Source: an uncultured Chloroflexia bacterium | GTDB taxonomy: Bacteria > Chloroflexota > Anaerolineae > JAAYZQ01 | Direction: 5' to 3' | Length of the DNA: 64,000 bases | Assembly (NCBI GenBank): GCA_963700285.1 | Contig: CAVOXA010000010.1 | Location: forward strand, 1,440,001 to 1,504,000 | The notes under the pieces: generated by a model | What the model saw: the letters and a program-made list of their open reading frames with translations, nothing else | Databases searched by the model: none | What the model was told of the DNA's origin: nothing | Translations under genes and position numbers: made by a program | Part shown: piece by piece, positions 43,630 to 53,414 of the stretch | How the letters are laid out: every line of letters starts with the position of its first letter | How positions within the stretch are numbered: position 1 is the first letter of the stretch

Positions 43630-45315
43630 TTATTCCTCGATGGAGGTCTCGGCCAGCATGATGTTGCCCAGCAGGTCGATCTCGATGTCATTGACCTTCT
43701 TGTTCCAGACCCAGGTGCGCGGGTAGGTCATGACGTTGATGGTGGGCAGGTCATCCAGCAGTATCTGGTTGATCTGCCAGTAGATCTCCTGGCGCTTGTC
43801 CTCGTCTGACTCGATGGCGCCTGCGGCGACCAGTGCCTCCAGTTCCGGGTTCTCGTGGCCGTAGCGGTTGAACGTCGGGTCGCCGCGATAGTTGCTCTGG
43901 GTGCCCATAAAGACCGCCGGGTCACGCGTGGACCGGCCGCTGACCCAGGGGTGGATGCCAAAGCCCAGCAGATCGGGGTCTCCGCCGATCTCGTAGAACC
44001 GGGCGTTCTCGACCTCGTTGACGTTGAGGGTGACGCCGATCTTGGCCAGGTCCTGTTGCCAGATCAGGGAGTAGATCTTCATCTCTGGCCAGCGCGGTGT
44101 GGGATGGAAGTCGATCACCAGATCCTCGACGCCGGCCTCCTCTAGCAGGCTAGCCGCTTTTTCCAGGTCGAATTCGTGGGCCATGACCAGGTCCTCTTTG
44201 TAGGCCAGAGAGGCCGGGCTCCAGAAGACCGAGCTGACCGGTTCGGCGTAGCCAAAAGATGCGGCTTCGGCCATTGTCCGGCGGTCCATGGAGTAGGAGA
44301 GGGCCTGGCGCACGCGCGGGTCGTCGAAGGGGGGCTGTTTGGTGTTGACGACGATGTTGAGCACGCTGCCCGAGTTGCTGCTGACCTCGACCTCATAGTT
44401 GGGGTCCTCTTCAAAGCGCTCCAGCTCGGACATGGGCAGGCCCATGACGGCGTCCACCGCGCCCGACTCCAGGTTGAGGCCCAGGGTCTCGGTCTTTTCC
44501 AGCCGCTGGAAGTTCCACTTGTCGAGATAGGGCAGCCCCTCCAGGTAAAAGTCTTCGTTCTTTTCGTAGAGCGAATGCTGGTTGGGCACCCACTCGGTCA
44601 GCTTGAACGGGCCCGTGCCCACGGCCAGGGACTCCATCATGCCCGGGTCGGCCTTGTCGTCGATGCGGACCAGGAAAAAGTAGTCGAGGATGTCGGTCAT
44701 GTAGGGTACCGGTTGTTCGGCCCGAATCTCGATGGTGTAGTCATCCACGGCGACCACGTCGCTGATGGGCGCAAAGAGGCCGATCATCTTTTGGATGGCC
44801 GGGTCCTCGGCCAGCTCAGGGTCCTTGGTATAGTTGTACATGTCCACGATGGTCTGGGCGTTGACGGGCTGGCCGTCGTGCCACTTGACATCTTCCTTCA
44901 GCTTGATGGTGAAGGTTGTCTTGTCGTCCGACGCCTCGTACGACTCGGCGACGTCCAGATGGATCTTGCCTTCGCCATCCTTCCAGAGCAGGCGGCTAAA
45001 GACCTGGTTGTACATACCCATGTCTACGGCGGACATGCGCCACGGGCTCCAGTGGTCAAAGGTGCCGGTCTCGGCATAGTTGAGGGTGCCACCGGCCTTG
45101 CCTGCTTCGGCAGGCTCGGCTGTGACCACGACCTCGACGATTTCCGTGACGACTTTTTCGACGACCTTTTCAACTTCTTTTTCGACGATCACCGTTTCCT
45201 TGACCGTCTTTTCCACTTCGACGGTTTCGATGATGGTCTCGGGTGTTGGCGCACAGGCGGTGAGCACTAACGTGCCAACCATGGCGAGAAACAGTAGCAT
45301 TCGTACGGTTTTCAC
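43630..45315 (-). CDS. ABC transporter substrate-binding lipoprotein (family 5)
   Basis: LTAC lipobox, VEK-rich linker, KWHDG, VGTGPF, PFDDPRVRQA. Confidence 0.92.
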   Translation of the reverse strand: MKTVRMLLFLAMVGTLVLTACAPTPETIIETVEVEKTVKETVIVEKEVEKVVEKVVTEIVEVVVTAEPAEAGKAGGTLNYAETGTFDHWSPWRMSAVDMGMYNQVFSRLLWKDGEGKIHLDVAESYEASDDKTTFTIKLKEDVKWHDGQPVNAQTIVDMYNYTKDPELAEDPAIQKMIGLFAPISDVVAVDDYTIEIRAEQPVPYMTDILDYFFLVRIDDKADPGMMESLAVGTGPFKLTEWVPNQHSLYEKNEDFYLEGLPYLDKWNFQRLEKTETLGLNLESGAVDAVMGLPMSELERFEEDPNYEVEVSSNSGSVLNIVVNTKQPPFDDPRVRQALSYSMDRRTMAEAASFGYAEPVSSVFWSPASLAYKEDLVMAHEFDLEKAASLLEEAGVEDLVIDFHPTPRWPEMKIYSLIWQQDLAKIGVTLNVNEVENARFYEIGGDPDLLGFGIHPWVSGRSTRDPAVFMGTQSNYRGDPTFNRYGHENPELEALVAAGAIESDEDKRQEIYWQINQILLDDLPTINVMTYPRTWVWNKKVNDIEIDLLGNIMLAETSIEE

Positions 45316-45428
45316 TTTCCTTCCTCCTTTGACATAGTTGAGTTGTGCGGCTGTACGAGCTTGTTCGCAGACGTTGGATCACAGGTTTTCTGTTGGTCAC
45401 CTCCTTTCCTTGACTGCCTCTGTGGCAG

Positions 45429-46289
45429 TTAGGGCAGCCTAGCGGGTGGTTGATCCCTGCGTACCCTTTGGCCCTGCGCAGGCAAGCTCAGTAGCTGCCC
45501 CTGTTCCGGCCTGACGCTGGGAGTGCGCTCGAGGTTGAACGGAACCGATTGCTCCCTACTCCGGGTCGAGCGCAACATATCAAACATGACTTCTTGTGTG
45601 GCATTGACGTGGGCGGCCAGACCGGCTTTGATGGCGCCAAGGTCATGGCGGCTGTAGGCGTCAAGCATTTCTTGATGGAAGCGCTGGGTTTCCCCGATCA
45701 GGTCCGGGTAATGGGGGGCGGTGGTGACGGCCAGCGTGAGCAGTGAGCCGCTGAGCAGATCCCAGCTCTGGGCCAGCCTTCGGTGCCCGGAAACCTGCAA
45801 GGGTGTGCGGTGGAACTCGATATCCAGCTCCCCGGACTCCTCCCACTTGGCTTGGAGACGCAACTCGACCATGTGGTCGATGCACCATTGCATTCTCGCC
45901 AGATGTTCAGGCAGCAAATGGCCGCAGGTTAGCTCGGCAGCATAGTTCTCCAGGACCTGCCGCAAGCCGAAAATCTCACGCACGTCGTCCTCTGTGACGC
46001 CGCGCACGAACGCGCCACGGCGGGGCTCGCGCACGACAAGGTGCTCCTGTTCGAGGTAAATCAGTGCTTCGCGTATGGGGCCGCGGCTGACCCCGTAGAG
46101 GTCGGCGAGTTCGGACTCGACGAGTTTGGTGCCAGGTGGGAAACTACCGCGAAAGATCTGAAGGCGCAGGGATTTGAGGACATGTTCCCACAGATTAGGT
46201 TGGTTGGCAGAATCGATGTCGATGATGTACACGACTGCCCTTCCCATCCTTGTGAAAGGGTATTGCCTCGACGGACCAGTTCGTTCCAA
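45429..46289 (-). CDS. GntR/FadR-family regulator (start uncertain)
   Basis: PGTKLVESELADLYGVSRGPIREAL HTH plus FCD-like domain. Confidence 0.9.
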   Translation of the reverse strand: MERTGPSRQYPFTRMGRAVVYIIDIDSANQPNLWEHVLKSLRLQIFRGSFPPGTKLVESELADLYGVSRGPIREALIYLEQEHLVVREPRRGAFVRGVTEDDVREIFGLRQVLENYAAELTCGHLLPEHLARMQWCIDHMVELRLQAKWEESGELDIEFHRTPLQVSGHRRLAQSWDLLSGSLLTLAVTTAPHYPDLIGETQRFHQEMLDAYSRHDLGAIKAGLAAHVNATQEVMFDMLRSTRSREQSVPFNLERTPSVRPEQGQLLSLPAQGQRVRRDQPPARLP

Positions 46290-46316
46290 CTATCCCAAGA
46301 GCCTGGGCAGTGGATC

Positions 46317-46395
46317 TTGACACAACCACATCCATGTGGTAAACTGTTAACCGAGAAACCGTTTACATCTTAACATGCTTTGACGCGTTTGTCAA
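46317..46395. promoter_or_regulatory. Overlapping face-to-face sigma70 promoters with a shared inverted-repeat operator
   Basis: Plus strand TTGACA(46317)-17-TAAACT(46340); minus strand TTGACA(46395)-17-TAAGAT(46372); GTAAAC.GTT..AAC.GTTTAC at 46339-46366. Confidence 0.7.
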
Positions 46396-46431
46396 GTCCG
46401 AAATCCTGGCGTCTACGGCTGTTGCAAAGTC

Positions 46432-46626
46432 GTCATCATCGCGAACGTCAGCGCCTGTCCCGAGCATGTCCCGAGTCCGCGAAGGGCCTGCCGAGGGAAA
46501 GCGATCTCCACCTGTGTAGTTGGGGATTGCTTCGCTCCGGCAAAAAGCGCCTCCGCTCGCAATGACGAGGTCAGGTGTCATTCCATTTCGAGTGGCGCCC
46601 TGTGCCATGGAGCACTCGCAATGACA
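46432..46626. repeat. Degenerate GTCAT..GCGA...GATTGCTTCG...CTCGCAATGAC palindromic elements (two tandem copies)
   Basis: Ends CTCGCAATGAC at ~46566 and ~46625; internal GCGATCTCCA..TGGGGATTGC hairpin. Confidence 0.6.
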
Positions 46627-46751
46627 GATTGGCCGGCAGTGCATGTCAGGGGACAATACAACAGATCTGCCCAGGGCCCATGTGGGCTTGCGGCGACCAA
46701 GAAACCCTGCCAGGTCTACCGGCTGGCAGCAAGAAGCGAAAGGAGATCTCG

Positions 46752-47816
46752 ATGGATCATCGGAAACCCCATCCCGAATTCTATGACATGGCCTTTACCA
46801 CAGAAGAGTTCAACGGCATGCCCTACCGCTACCTGGGCAGGTCGGGTTTGCGGGTGTCGAACGTGGGCCTGGGCACGTGGAAGATCGGCTATCCCGAGAC
46901 GGGCGACGGCGCTCGGGTGGACGAAAAGACTGCGTTGCAGATCCTGGACCGGGCGGTGGAGCTGGGCGTCACCTTCTGGGATACGGCCAACCGCTACAAT
47001 GCTTCTTCGGGAAACTCGGAGCGGGTTATTGGCACCTGGATGCAGCAGAATCCCGACCAGCGGCGGAACGTGGTGCTGGCCACCAAGGTTTTCGGCCTCA
47101 TGGACGGGCGCACGCCCAACCACTGCCGCCTGTCCAGGGGCAGCATCCTGGATTCGGTCTATGCCAGTCTGGAGCGGCTGCAAGTGGACTATGTCGATCT
47201 GCTCTACTTCCACGCCTTCGATCCCTTGACGCCTGTGGAAGAGAGCCTGGCTGCCGTAGAGGACTTGGTCCGGCGCGATCTGGTGCGCTACCTGGCCGTA
47301 TCCAACTATTCGGCCGATCAACTTTCGGTCTACCGGGCCGCGGAGCAGCAGGCCAGCATCCGCTGTCGGGTGGTGGCTGTCCAAAACCAGTTTGACATCC
47401 TTCAGGGCGAGGTCTACACACCTTCGGATGTCCTTGCCTACGCCGCCCGCAGCGGGATCTCGTTCGTCGCCTGGAGCCCGCTGGCCAGGGGGCTGCTCAC
47501 CGATCGCTATCTGAACGTGGAGGCGGTGGGTCCCGGCGACCGCCTCTACGACGAGGGCGCGCTGGAGGGGCTGGCCACCGAGAAAGCACTGGCCAAGCTG
47601 CGCCAGCTCGCCGCGCTGGCCCGCCAGTGGACGTGTGAGCTGAGCCAACTGGTCATCGCCTACATGCTGACCCTGCCAGGCATGGGTCCGGTGATCGCCT
47701 CCGCATCGTCCGTGGAGCAGCTAGCGTCCAATGCCGCAGCGGGCAAGGTGGTGCTGACGGATGAGCAGCTACTCCGGGTGAAAGCGGTGCTGGGGGATCC
47801 GGGCACACTGGAGTGA
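46752..47816 (+). CDS. Aldo/keto reductase
   Basis: LGRSGLRVSNVGLGTW, WDTANRY, LATKV, SLERLQVDYVDL, WSPLARGLL. Confidence 0.92.
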   Translation: MDHRKPHPEFYDMAFTTEEFNGMPYRYLGRSGLRVSNVGLGTWKIGYPETGDGARVDEKTALQILDRAVELGVTFWDTANRYNASSGNSERVIGTWMQQNPDQRRNVVLATKVFGLMDGRTPNHCRLSRGSILDSVYASLERLQVDYVDLLYFHAFDPLTPVEESLAAVEDLVRRDLVRYLAVSNYSADQLSVYRAAEQQASIRCRVVAVQNQFDILQGEVYTPSDVLAYAARSGISFVAWSPLARGLLTDRYLNVEAVGPGDRLYDEGALEGLATEKALAKLRQLAALARQWTCELSQLVIAYMLTLPGMGPVIASASSVEQLASNAAAGKVVLTDEQLLRVKAVLGDPGTLE

Positions 47817-48823
47817 GCATTTCCTGGGGGATCCTGGGGGCGGGCGCCATCGCTGACCGGCAGATGGCGCCTGCTATAGATCTGGCGCATGACCAGCGCC
47901 TGGTTGCCGTTATGCGGCGCGACGGCGCGATGGCCCGCGCCTTTGCGGCCAAGCATGGTGCTGCCAGGGCCTATGACACCGTCGATGCCCTGCTGGCTGA
48001 CGGCCAGGTCGATGCCGTCTATGTGGCCACGCCGCCTGATACCCACGCCGAGTATACCATCCTCGCCGCCGAGCAGGGAAAACACGTGCTGTGCGAGAAA
48101 CCGATGGCGCTGGACGTCTTGCAGGCGCAGCGGATGATCGAAGCCTGCCAGACCAACGGCGTGCAACTGATGGTCTGCTATTATCAGCGCTTTAATGCCC
48201 GCCACCAACAGATCAAACGCTTGCTTGATGCCGGCGCCGTGGGCAGGGTAACGGCCGTGCGGGTCAGTTTCAGCAGCTACCACCCCCCTCGGCCAGGTTC
48301 CTGGCACCACGACCCGCGGATCAGCGGCGGAGGCCCGCTGATGGATCTCGCTCCCCACTGCGTGGACCTGTTGCGCTACCTCTGCGGCCCGGTCACAGAG
48401 GTCAGCGCCATGGTCGATACCCTGGCCTCCATATCGGCTGTCGAGGATACGGCCACGTTGTTGCTGCGATTGGAGAATGGCGCCCAGGCGGTCATCACTA
48501 CCCACTGGAGCGCGGCGAACCATGATCCCGAGCACCTGAATTGTATCGAGATCGATGGCACCCAGGGTACCATCCTGGCCGCACCCATCCAGGCCAAGGA
48601 CTCGGCCGGCTCCCTGCGGCTCATCACCGCTGAAGGGAGCCAGGACTTCCCGGTGGCGCCCGGCGGCCCGCGTCCCCACGTCGTCCTGCTGGAGGCCTTG
48701 GGGCTGGCCCTGAACAGCGGTCAACCCGCCCCCGTGCCGGGCCAGGAGGGATTGGCCGGCCTGGCAGTGATCCAGGCCGCCTACCGGTCGGCCCGGCAGG
48801 GCACAATCGTGCGATTGGGCTGA
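47813..48823 (+). CDS. Gfo/Idh/MocA oxidoreductase
   Basis: WGILGAGAIA, GKHVLCEKPM, GGGPLMDLAPH. Confidence 0.92.
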   Translation: MSISWGILGAGAIADRQMAPAIDLAHDQRLVAVMRRDGAMARAFAAKHGAARAYDTVDALLADGQVDAVYVATPPDTHAEYTILAAEQGKHVLCEKPMALDVLQAQRMIEACQTNGVQLMVCYYQRFNARHQQIKRLLDAGAVGRVTAVRVSFSSYHPPRPGSWHHDPRISGGGPLMDLAPHCVDLLRYLCGPVTEVSAMVDTLASISAVEDTATLLLRLENGAQAVITTHWSAANHDPEHLNCIEIDGTQGTILAAPIQAKDSAGSLRLITAEGSQDFPVAPGGPRPHVVLLEALGLALNSGQPAPVPGQEGLAGLAVIQAAYRSARQGTIVRLG

Positions 48824-48828
48824 ATTCG

Positions 48829-49944
48829 ATGCGCTCCGTTTTTTATTGGGAGTCCGCGGGCCTGTCCCTGACGAAAGCCAACCCCTACGGAGGGCTGCTG
48901 GCCCGGGCCATGGCCGAGTTGGGCGTTGAAGTGACGGCCGGACACGGTCGGGACCTCGATGGTGACTGGCTCCTGGAGAACCGGGGGCGCATCGACGTGC
49001 TCCACCTCAACTGGCCGCACTACCTGTACGACGCGCCCGATCTGGAAAGCCGCGTTTCCCGCTGCGCGGCCCTGATCGGCCATCTCGGCCTGGCCCGTTC
49101 TCTGGGTTACAGGATTGTGTGGACGGTCCACAACCTCTATCCCCATGACCGGACCCACTTTGACCTGGACCGGCTGGCGAGGCTGGCCATCAGCTCCGTG
49201 GCCACGGCGTTGATCGTCCATTGCGAGCGGGCGCGCGCCCTGGTACAACGGCACTTTTACCGCACAGAAGGCGTTTTTACCATCCCTCACGGCCACTTTG
49301 TCGATGCCTATCCCAACACGCTGTCCAGCACAGAGGCCCGCCGGTGCCTTGGGATCGCCCAAGACCGTTTTGTCTACCTCTTTTTTGGCAACCTGCGTCC
49401 CTACAAGGGGGTCGAGGATCTTTTGGATGCCTTCTGCGGGCTGAAGGGTCTGGACCTGCGGCTTGTTCTGGTGGTGAAGGATCGCGACGCGTACAGCAGA
49501 TCCTTGATCGAGCGGGCCGGACAACTCGATCCGCGGATCCTCGTTCACACCGCACATTTTTATCCCAACGAGGATTTCCAGATCTATTTGAACGCAGCAG
49601 ACGTCGTCGTCCTGCCATTTCTGGAGGTCCTGACCTCGGGGTCGGCCATCACGGCCCTATCCTTTGGCCGGCCGGTGATTGCGCCGGCTATGGGCTGTCT
49701 GCCTGAGCTATTGGACAACAATATGGGTATCGTCTACGATCCCAGCGAGGCGGGCGCGCTGGGGCAGGCCATGCAGACCATCCGGGAGCGCGACGTGGCG
49801 GCCTGCAGCCGGGCCGCGTACCGTCGTGCCAGATCGCTGTCCTGGGATGCCATTGCCCGGCTGACGCTGGAGGCCTATCGCTACCAGGGCGCCAGCGCGC
49901 CGGTAGCGGGCGCGAACCTAAAAGATGACGCTGCTGATCCCTGA
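48829..49944 (+). CDS. GT4-family glycosyltransferase
   Basis: NPYG, HLNWP, WTVHNL, FFGNLRPYKG, AADVVVLPF..TSGS. Confidence 0.85.
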   Translation: MRSVFYWESAGLSLTKANPYGGLLARAMAELGVEVTAGHGRDLDGDWLLENRGRIDVLHLNWPHYLYDAPDLESRVSRCAALIGHLGLARSLGYRIVWTVHNLYPHDRTHFDLDRLARLAISSVATALIVHCERARALVQRHFYRTEGVFTIPHGHFVDAYPNTLSSTEARRCLGIAQDRFVYLFFGNLRPYKGVEDLLDAFCGLKGLDLRLVLVVKDRDAYSRSLIERAGQLDPRILVHTAHFYPNEDFQIYLNAADVVVLPFLEVLTSGSAITALSFGRPVIAPAMGCLPELLDNNMGIVYDPSEAGALGQAMQTIRERDVAACSRAAYRRARSLSWDAIARLTLEAYRYQGASAPVAGANLKDDAADP

Positions 49945-52057
49945 GGCCCGGTGGGCGGCGATTCGCCGCCGATCCCGCCTGCCAGCCTTTGCGGCGGTCA
50001 TCCAACGGCTGCAAGATGCCGTCGCGGAATTCGAGGCGCGGCCGGTTGCCTTGCCGGAAAAGCCTGGCGGTTACTATCACGATTATTTCTGCCCGGAGCA
50101 TGGCGTCCAGCTTGTCTTTGACCCGGCAATGGCAGCCGAGCACCGCTGTCCGGTCGATGGCGCGCGGTACCAGGGCGAGCGCTACGATGCTGCCTGGCGC
50201 TGGTTCGCCAACGAACGACTGTCCCAGGCTGCCCTGAACTCTGCGCTGCTTTGGCGCTTGGATGAGGAAAATCGATCCCATCTGTTCAGGGTCACCGAGA
50301 TCCTTATGGGCTATGCTGCCCGATATGGACGCTATCGAAGCGACCTGCAGGAGCGTCCAAACCCGGGCGTCGCCACCTATACCACGCTTGACGAGTCCGT
50401 CTGGCTGCTGCCCCTCGTCCGGGCCTTTGACATGGTGCGCGGGGCCTTGCCGCCAGGCAAGGCCCGGGACATAACCAGCCGGCTGTTCGCCCCGGCCGCC
50501 GAGCATCTGGTCCGGCATCACTACCGCGGCATCCACAATTTCGCCTGCTGGCACAACGCGGCCATCGGCACGGTAGGACTGGTTCTCGGCCGTGAGGATT
50601 TGGTTGACCTGGCCATCCATGGCGAGTATGGCTTTGAGGCACAGGCTCGCGAGGGGGTTCTGGCCGATGGTCTGTGGTATGAGGGCTCGTTCAGCTACCA
50701 CTTTTACGCGCTGGCGGCAATGGCAGCCCAGGCTCAGGCTGCCCGCCACGTCCCCGGCTTTGACCTGCACAAGCATCCCGTGCTGCAAGCCATGCTGCGG
50801 GCGCCCCTTGCCTGCGCCTACCCGGATGGCTCCTTGCCAGCGACCAACGACTGCTGGTACTTTACCAGCCTGGTGGCAGACTGCTGCCACGGCGTGCCGC
50901 CGGCTGCGGCCTTCTATGAGCTGGGATGGGCCTGGTACGGCGATCCACGCTTTGCCCAGATACTCCACCTCGCCTACGAGCAAGGGCCGCGCGACAGCGT
51001 GGAGGCGCTGCTCTTTGGCCGGGAGACGATCCCCCAGGCTGAACTGGCGCCTCAGCCCAGCGCCCACCTACCCTATTCGGGTTATGTCATCTTGCGCCCA
51101 TCTGCGACCGCACATTCTGCGGAACAGCAGGTTCTCCTGCTGAAATACGGCCCCCATGGTGGCAGGCATGGCCACCCCGACAAGCTGAGCCTGAGCCTTT
51201 TTGCCCATGGGCGCCGCTGGTCGCCCGACCTGGGCACGCCGGGCTATGGCTTGGAGCTATTCGAGACCTGGTACCGCCAGACGATCAGTCACAATACGGT
51301 GACGATCGACGGTCTCTCGCAGCCGGCGGCCCGGGGATATGCCTGTGCCTTCCGCGGCGAGGGGGAATTCCAGGTGGCGGACGCGGCTGTAGCCTGGGAG
51401 GAGGGAACCTATGCCGGGGTCACCATGCGGCGCGTTGTCTTGGCCCGGCGCGCCAGGGTGGCACGGTCCGGCTATTACCTGGACCTGTTCCTGGTGCAGG
51501 CCGGCCGGAGACGGCGCATGGATTGGATCTGTCGGAGCAGGGGGGCGTGCGACTCGGACCTGGCTCTCGCAGCCAGCGGGACCTTGGACGCCGACGGTGA
51601 GGGCTACCAGCACGTCACAGAGGTACGGCGGGCGGTGGTCGATGGTGACTATACAATCAACTGGCAGTTGGGGGAAGCGGGGCTGATTCTCTTTGCGGCC
51701 GGCGCGCCTGGCTCTGAGATCATCCTCGGTTCGGCGCCTGGCAATCCAGCCACGGAGAGACAATCGCTGCTGATCAGCCGCCGTCACGCCGCGGCCACGG
51801 CCTATCTTGCGGTCTTTTATGTCTATCGTGGACAGCCGGATGTGACTTCGGTCCGTTGGATCGGCCGCGACCTGCTGGGGGCGGGATGGGCAGGCTGCAT
51901 TGTCCAGACCTGCGATGCCCGGGAGTTGTGGTTGATCCGCCTGAGCCCAGACGTAGAACCGGTATTCGAGACCGCCCTGGAGGGCATAGCCGCCCGGTTC
52001 GAGTACACCATTGACTGGCCAACGGGACCGACGACACCCTTTCCCTTTGAGGTATGA
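49925..52057 (+). CDS. Heparinase II/III-domain polysaccharide lyase (oligo-alginate-lyase-like)
   Basis: IHNFACWHNAA, DGLWYEGSFSYHFY, HGHPDKL, PDLGTPGYG, SHNTVTIDG; no signal peptide. Confidence 0.8.
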   Translation: MTLLIPEARWAAIRRRSRLPAFAAVIQRLQDAVAEFEARPVALPEKPGGYYHDYFCPEHGVQLVFDPAMAAEHRCPVDGARYQGERYDAAWRWFANERLSQAALNSALLWRLDEENRSHLFRVTEILMGYAARYGRYRSDLQERPNPGVATYTTLDESVWLLPLVRAFDMVRGALPPGKARDITSRLFAPAAEHLVRHHYRGIHNFACWHNAAIGTVGLVLGREDLVDLAIHGEYGFEAQAREGVLADGLWYEGSFSYHFYALAAMAAQAQAARHVPGFDLHKHPVLQAMLRAPLACAYPDGSLPATNDCWYFTSLVADCCHGVPPAAAFYELGWAWYGDPRFAQILHLAYEQGPRDSVEALLFGRETIPQAELAPQPSAHLPYSGYVILRPSATAHSAEQQVLLLKYGPHGGRHGHPDKLSLSLFAHGRRWSPDLGTPGYGLELFETWYRQTISHNTVTIDGLSQPAARGYACAFRGEGEFQVADAAVAWEEGTYAGVTMRRVVLARRARVARSGYYLDLFLVQAGRRRRMDWICRSRGACDSDLALAASGTLDADGEGYQHVTEVRRAVVDGDYTINWQLGEAGLILFAAGAPGSEIILGSAPGNPATERQSLLISRRHAAATAYLAVFYVYRGQPDVTSVRWIGRDLLGAGWAGCIVQTCDARELWLIRLSPDVEPVFETALEGIAARFEYTIDWPTGPTTPFPFEV

Positions 52058-52139
52058 ATTGATTCTAGTCGATAGGCCGTGGTGCCTGTACCGAGCCTGC
52101 GGGAGGTTTCCTGGAACAGAATCAACGGCAGGGAGGAAA

Positions 52140-53216
52140 ATGATGCCTTACAACCCCTATGTGCTGCCCAAACTCGAACTGCGCGGCAGCCCGCTTGAGA
52201 TCGGCAGGCAGTTTGGCGAACTGGCCAGGGTACGCGTGTTGCTGCACCTCGCCAACCAGAAGGCGTCCATGGCCGAGTTGTGTCCTGAAAACCCGACGTG
52301 GTGGCGTGAGGAGGTGCCCAAGTATCTGCCAGCCTACGAGGAACTGGCCCCATACTTTGTAGAGGAGATGCGGGGGCTGGCCCAGGGGGCGGGCGTGACG
52401 TTCGAGGACGCGCTCCTACTGAATGTACGGGATGAGGTTCTGACCTCGCTCAAACCCCGGCCTGCAGAGGCCTGCACCTCCTTTGGCTGCAGCGGCGCTG
52501 TGACGCTGGGCGGCCAGCCGATCCTGGGCCAGACAAAGGACACGGCGGCGGTCTCGAGGGATCTCTTTGTGGTGACGGCCGCGTACCAGGAGGGGCGGCC
52601 CGATCTGCTGCAGATGCCCTATGCGGGGGAGTTTGGTGTGTTCGGCCTGAGCAGCAGCGGCATGGCCATCTTTGGCAACTCGCTCTATGTGAGTGGCCGG
52701 CCGGCGGGGGGACTGCCCCTGTCCCTGTTCCGGCGCTTGGTCCTGGAAGCGGACAGCGTCGACGAGGTGATCGCCCTGGTGGAGGAGCGCGGCATTGCCG
52801 CGGTTGGCAACCTGACGGTCGGGGACCGGACGGGGCGGGTGGTGGCCATCGAGAACACGGATCACGGGCACGCCGTGGTCGAGGCTGTGGATGGGGTGCT
52901 GGCCCACGCCAACCACATCAACGACCCTGCCTTGGCCCAGTTCGAGGACTATGAGGAGCCGGAGCGGAGCACATCGGTCCGCCGGCAGCGGCGTCTGGCT
53001 GGGCAGATCGAGGCGGAGCGGGGCCGGCTCACCGCCCCGCTGGCCATGCGCTGCCTGATGGACCACGAGGGTTACCCCGACAGCATCTGCCGCCATGCCA
53101 CGCCGGGCCATGATTTCCAGACGACGGCGGCCATCGTCGTGGAGCCCACGCTGGGCCGGCTGCACGCTGTGCGGGGCTTGCCCTGCCAGGGTTGGCCGGT
53201 GACTTTTTGCCTGTAG
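52140..53216 (+). CDS. C45-family autoproteolytic acyltransferase/hydrolase
   Basis: GSPLEIGRQFG, EEMRGLAQG, ACTSFG (Cys nucleophile), HANH, SICRH. Confidence 0.85.
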   Translation: MMPYNPYVLPKLELRGSPLEIGRQFGELARVRVLLHLANQKASMAELCPENPTWWREEVPKYLPAYEELAPYFVEEMRGLAQGAGVTFEDALLLNVRDEVLTSLKPRPAEACTSFGCSGAVTLGGQPILGQTKDTAAVSRDLFVVTAAYQEGRPDLLQMPYAGEFGVFGLSSSGMAIFGNSLYVSGRPAGGLPLSLFRRLVLEADSVDEVIALVEERGIAAVGNLTVGDRTGRVVAIENTDHGHAVVEAVDGVLAHANHINDPALAQFEDYEEPERSTSVRRQRRLAGQIEAERGRLTAPLAMRCLMDHEGYPDSICRHATPGHDFQTTAAIVVEPTLGRLHAVRGLPCQGWPVTFCL

Positions 53217-53266
53217 TGCGCACTCTTGAAGAGTGACAACTTGACCGGGTAATGGGGATTTCGTTT

Positions 53267-53287
53267 GTAGTGCGCGCTTCAGCGCGC
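53267..53287 (+). repeat. GTAG-type REP-like palindrome
   Basis: GTAGT-GCGCGCT-TC-AGCGCGC; related GTAGTGCGCAC at 53213. Confidence 0.45.
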
Positions 53288-53414
53288 TTTCCCTCCTGGG
53301 CGTGGGGCCCCCCTCCCCCCTGCTCCAGGCAGGAAACACGACCTTGTGAGCCGGACATCCCTGTGGTATAATCGGAGCAGACTTTCCAAACAGCCCACCC
53401 GCACGGAGGCTGCC

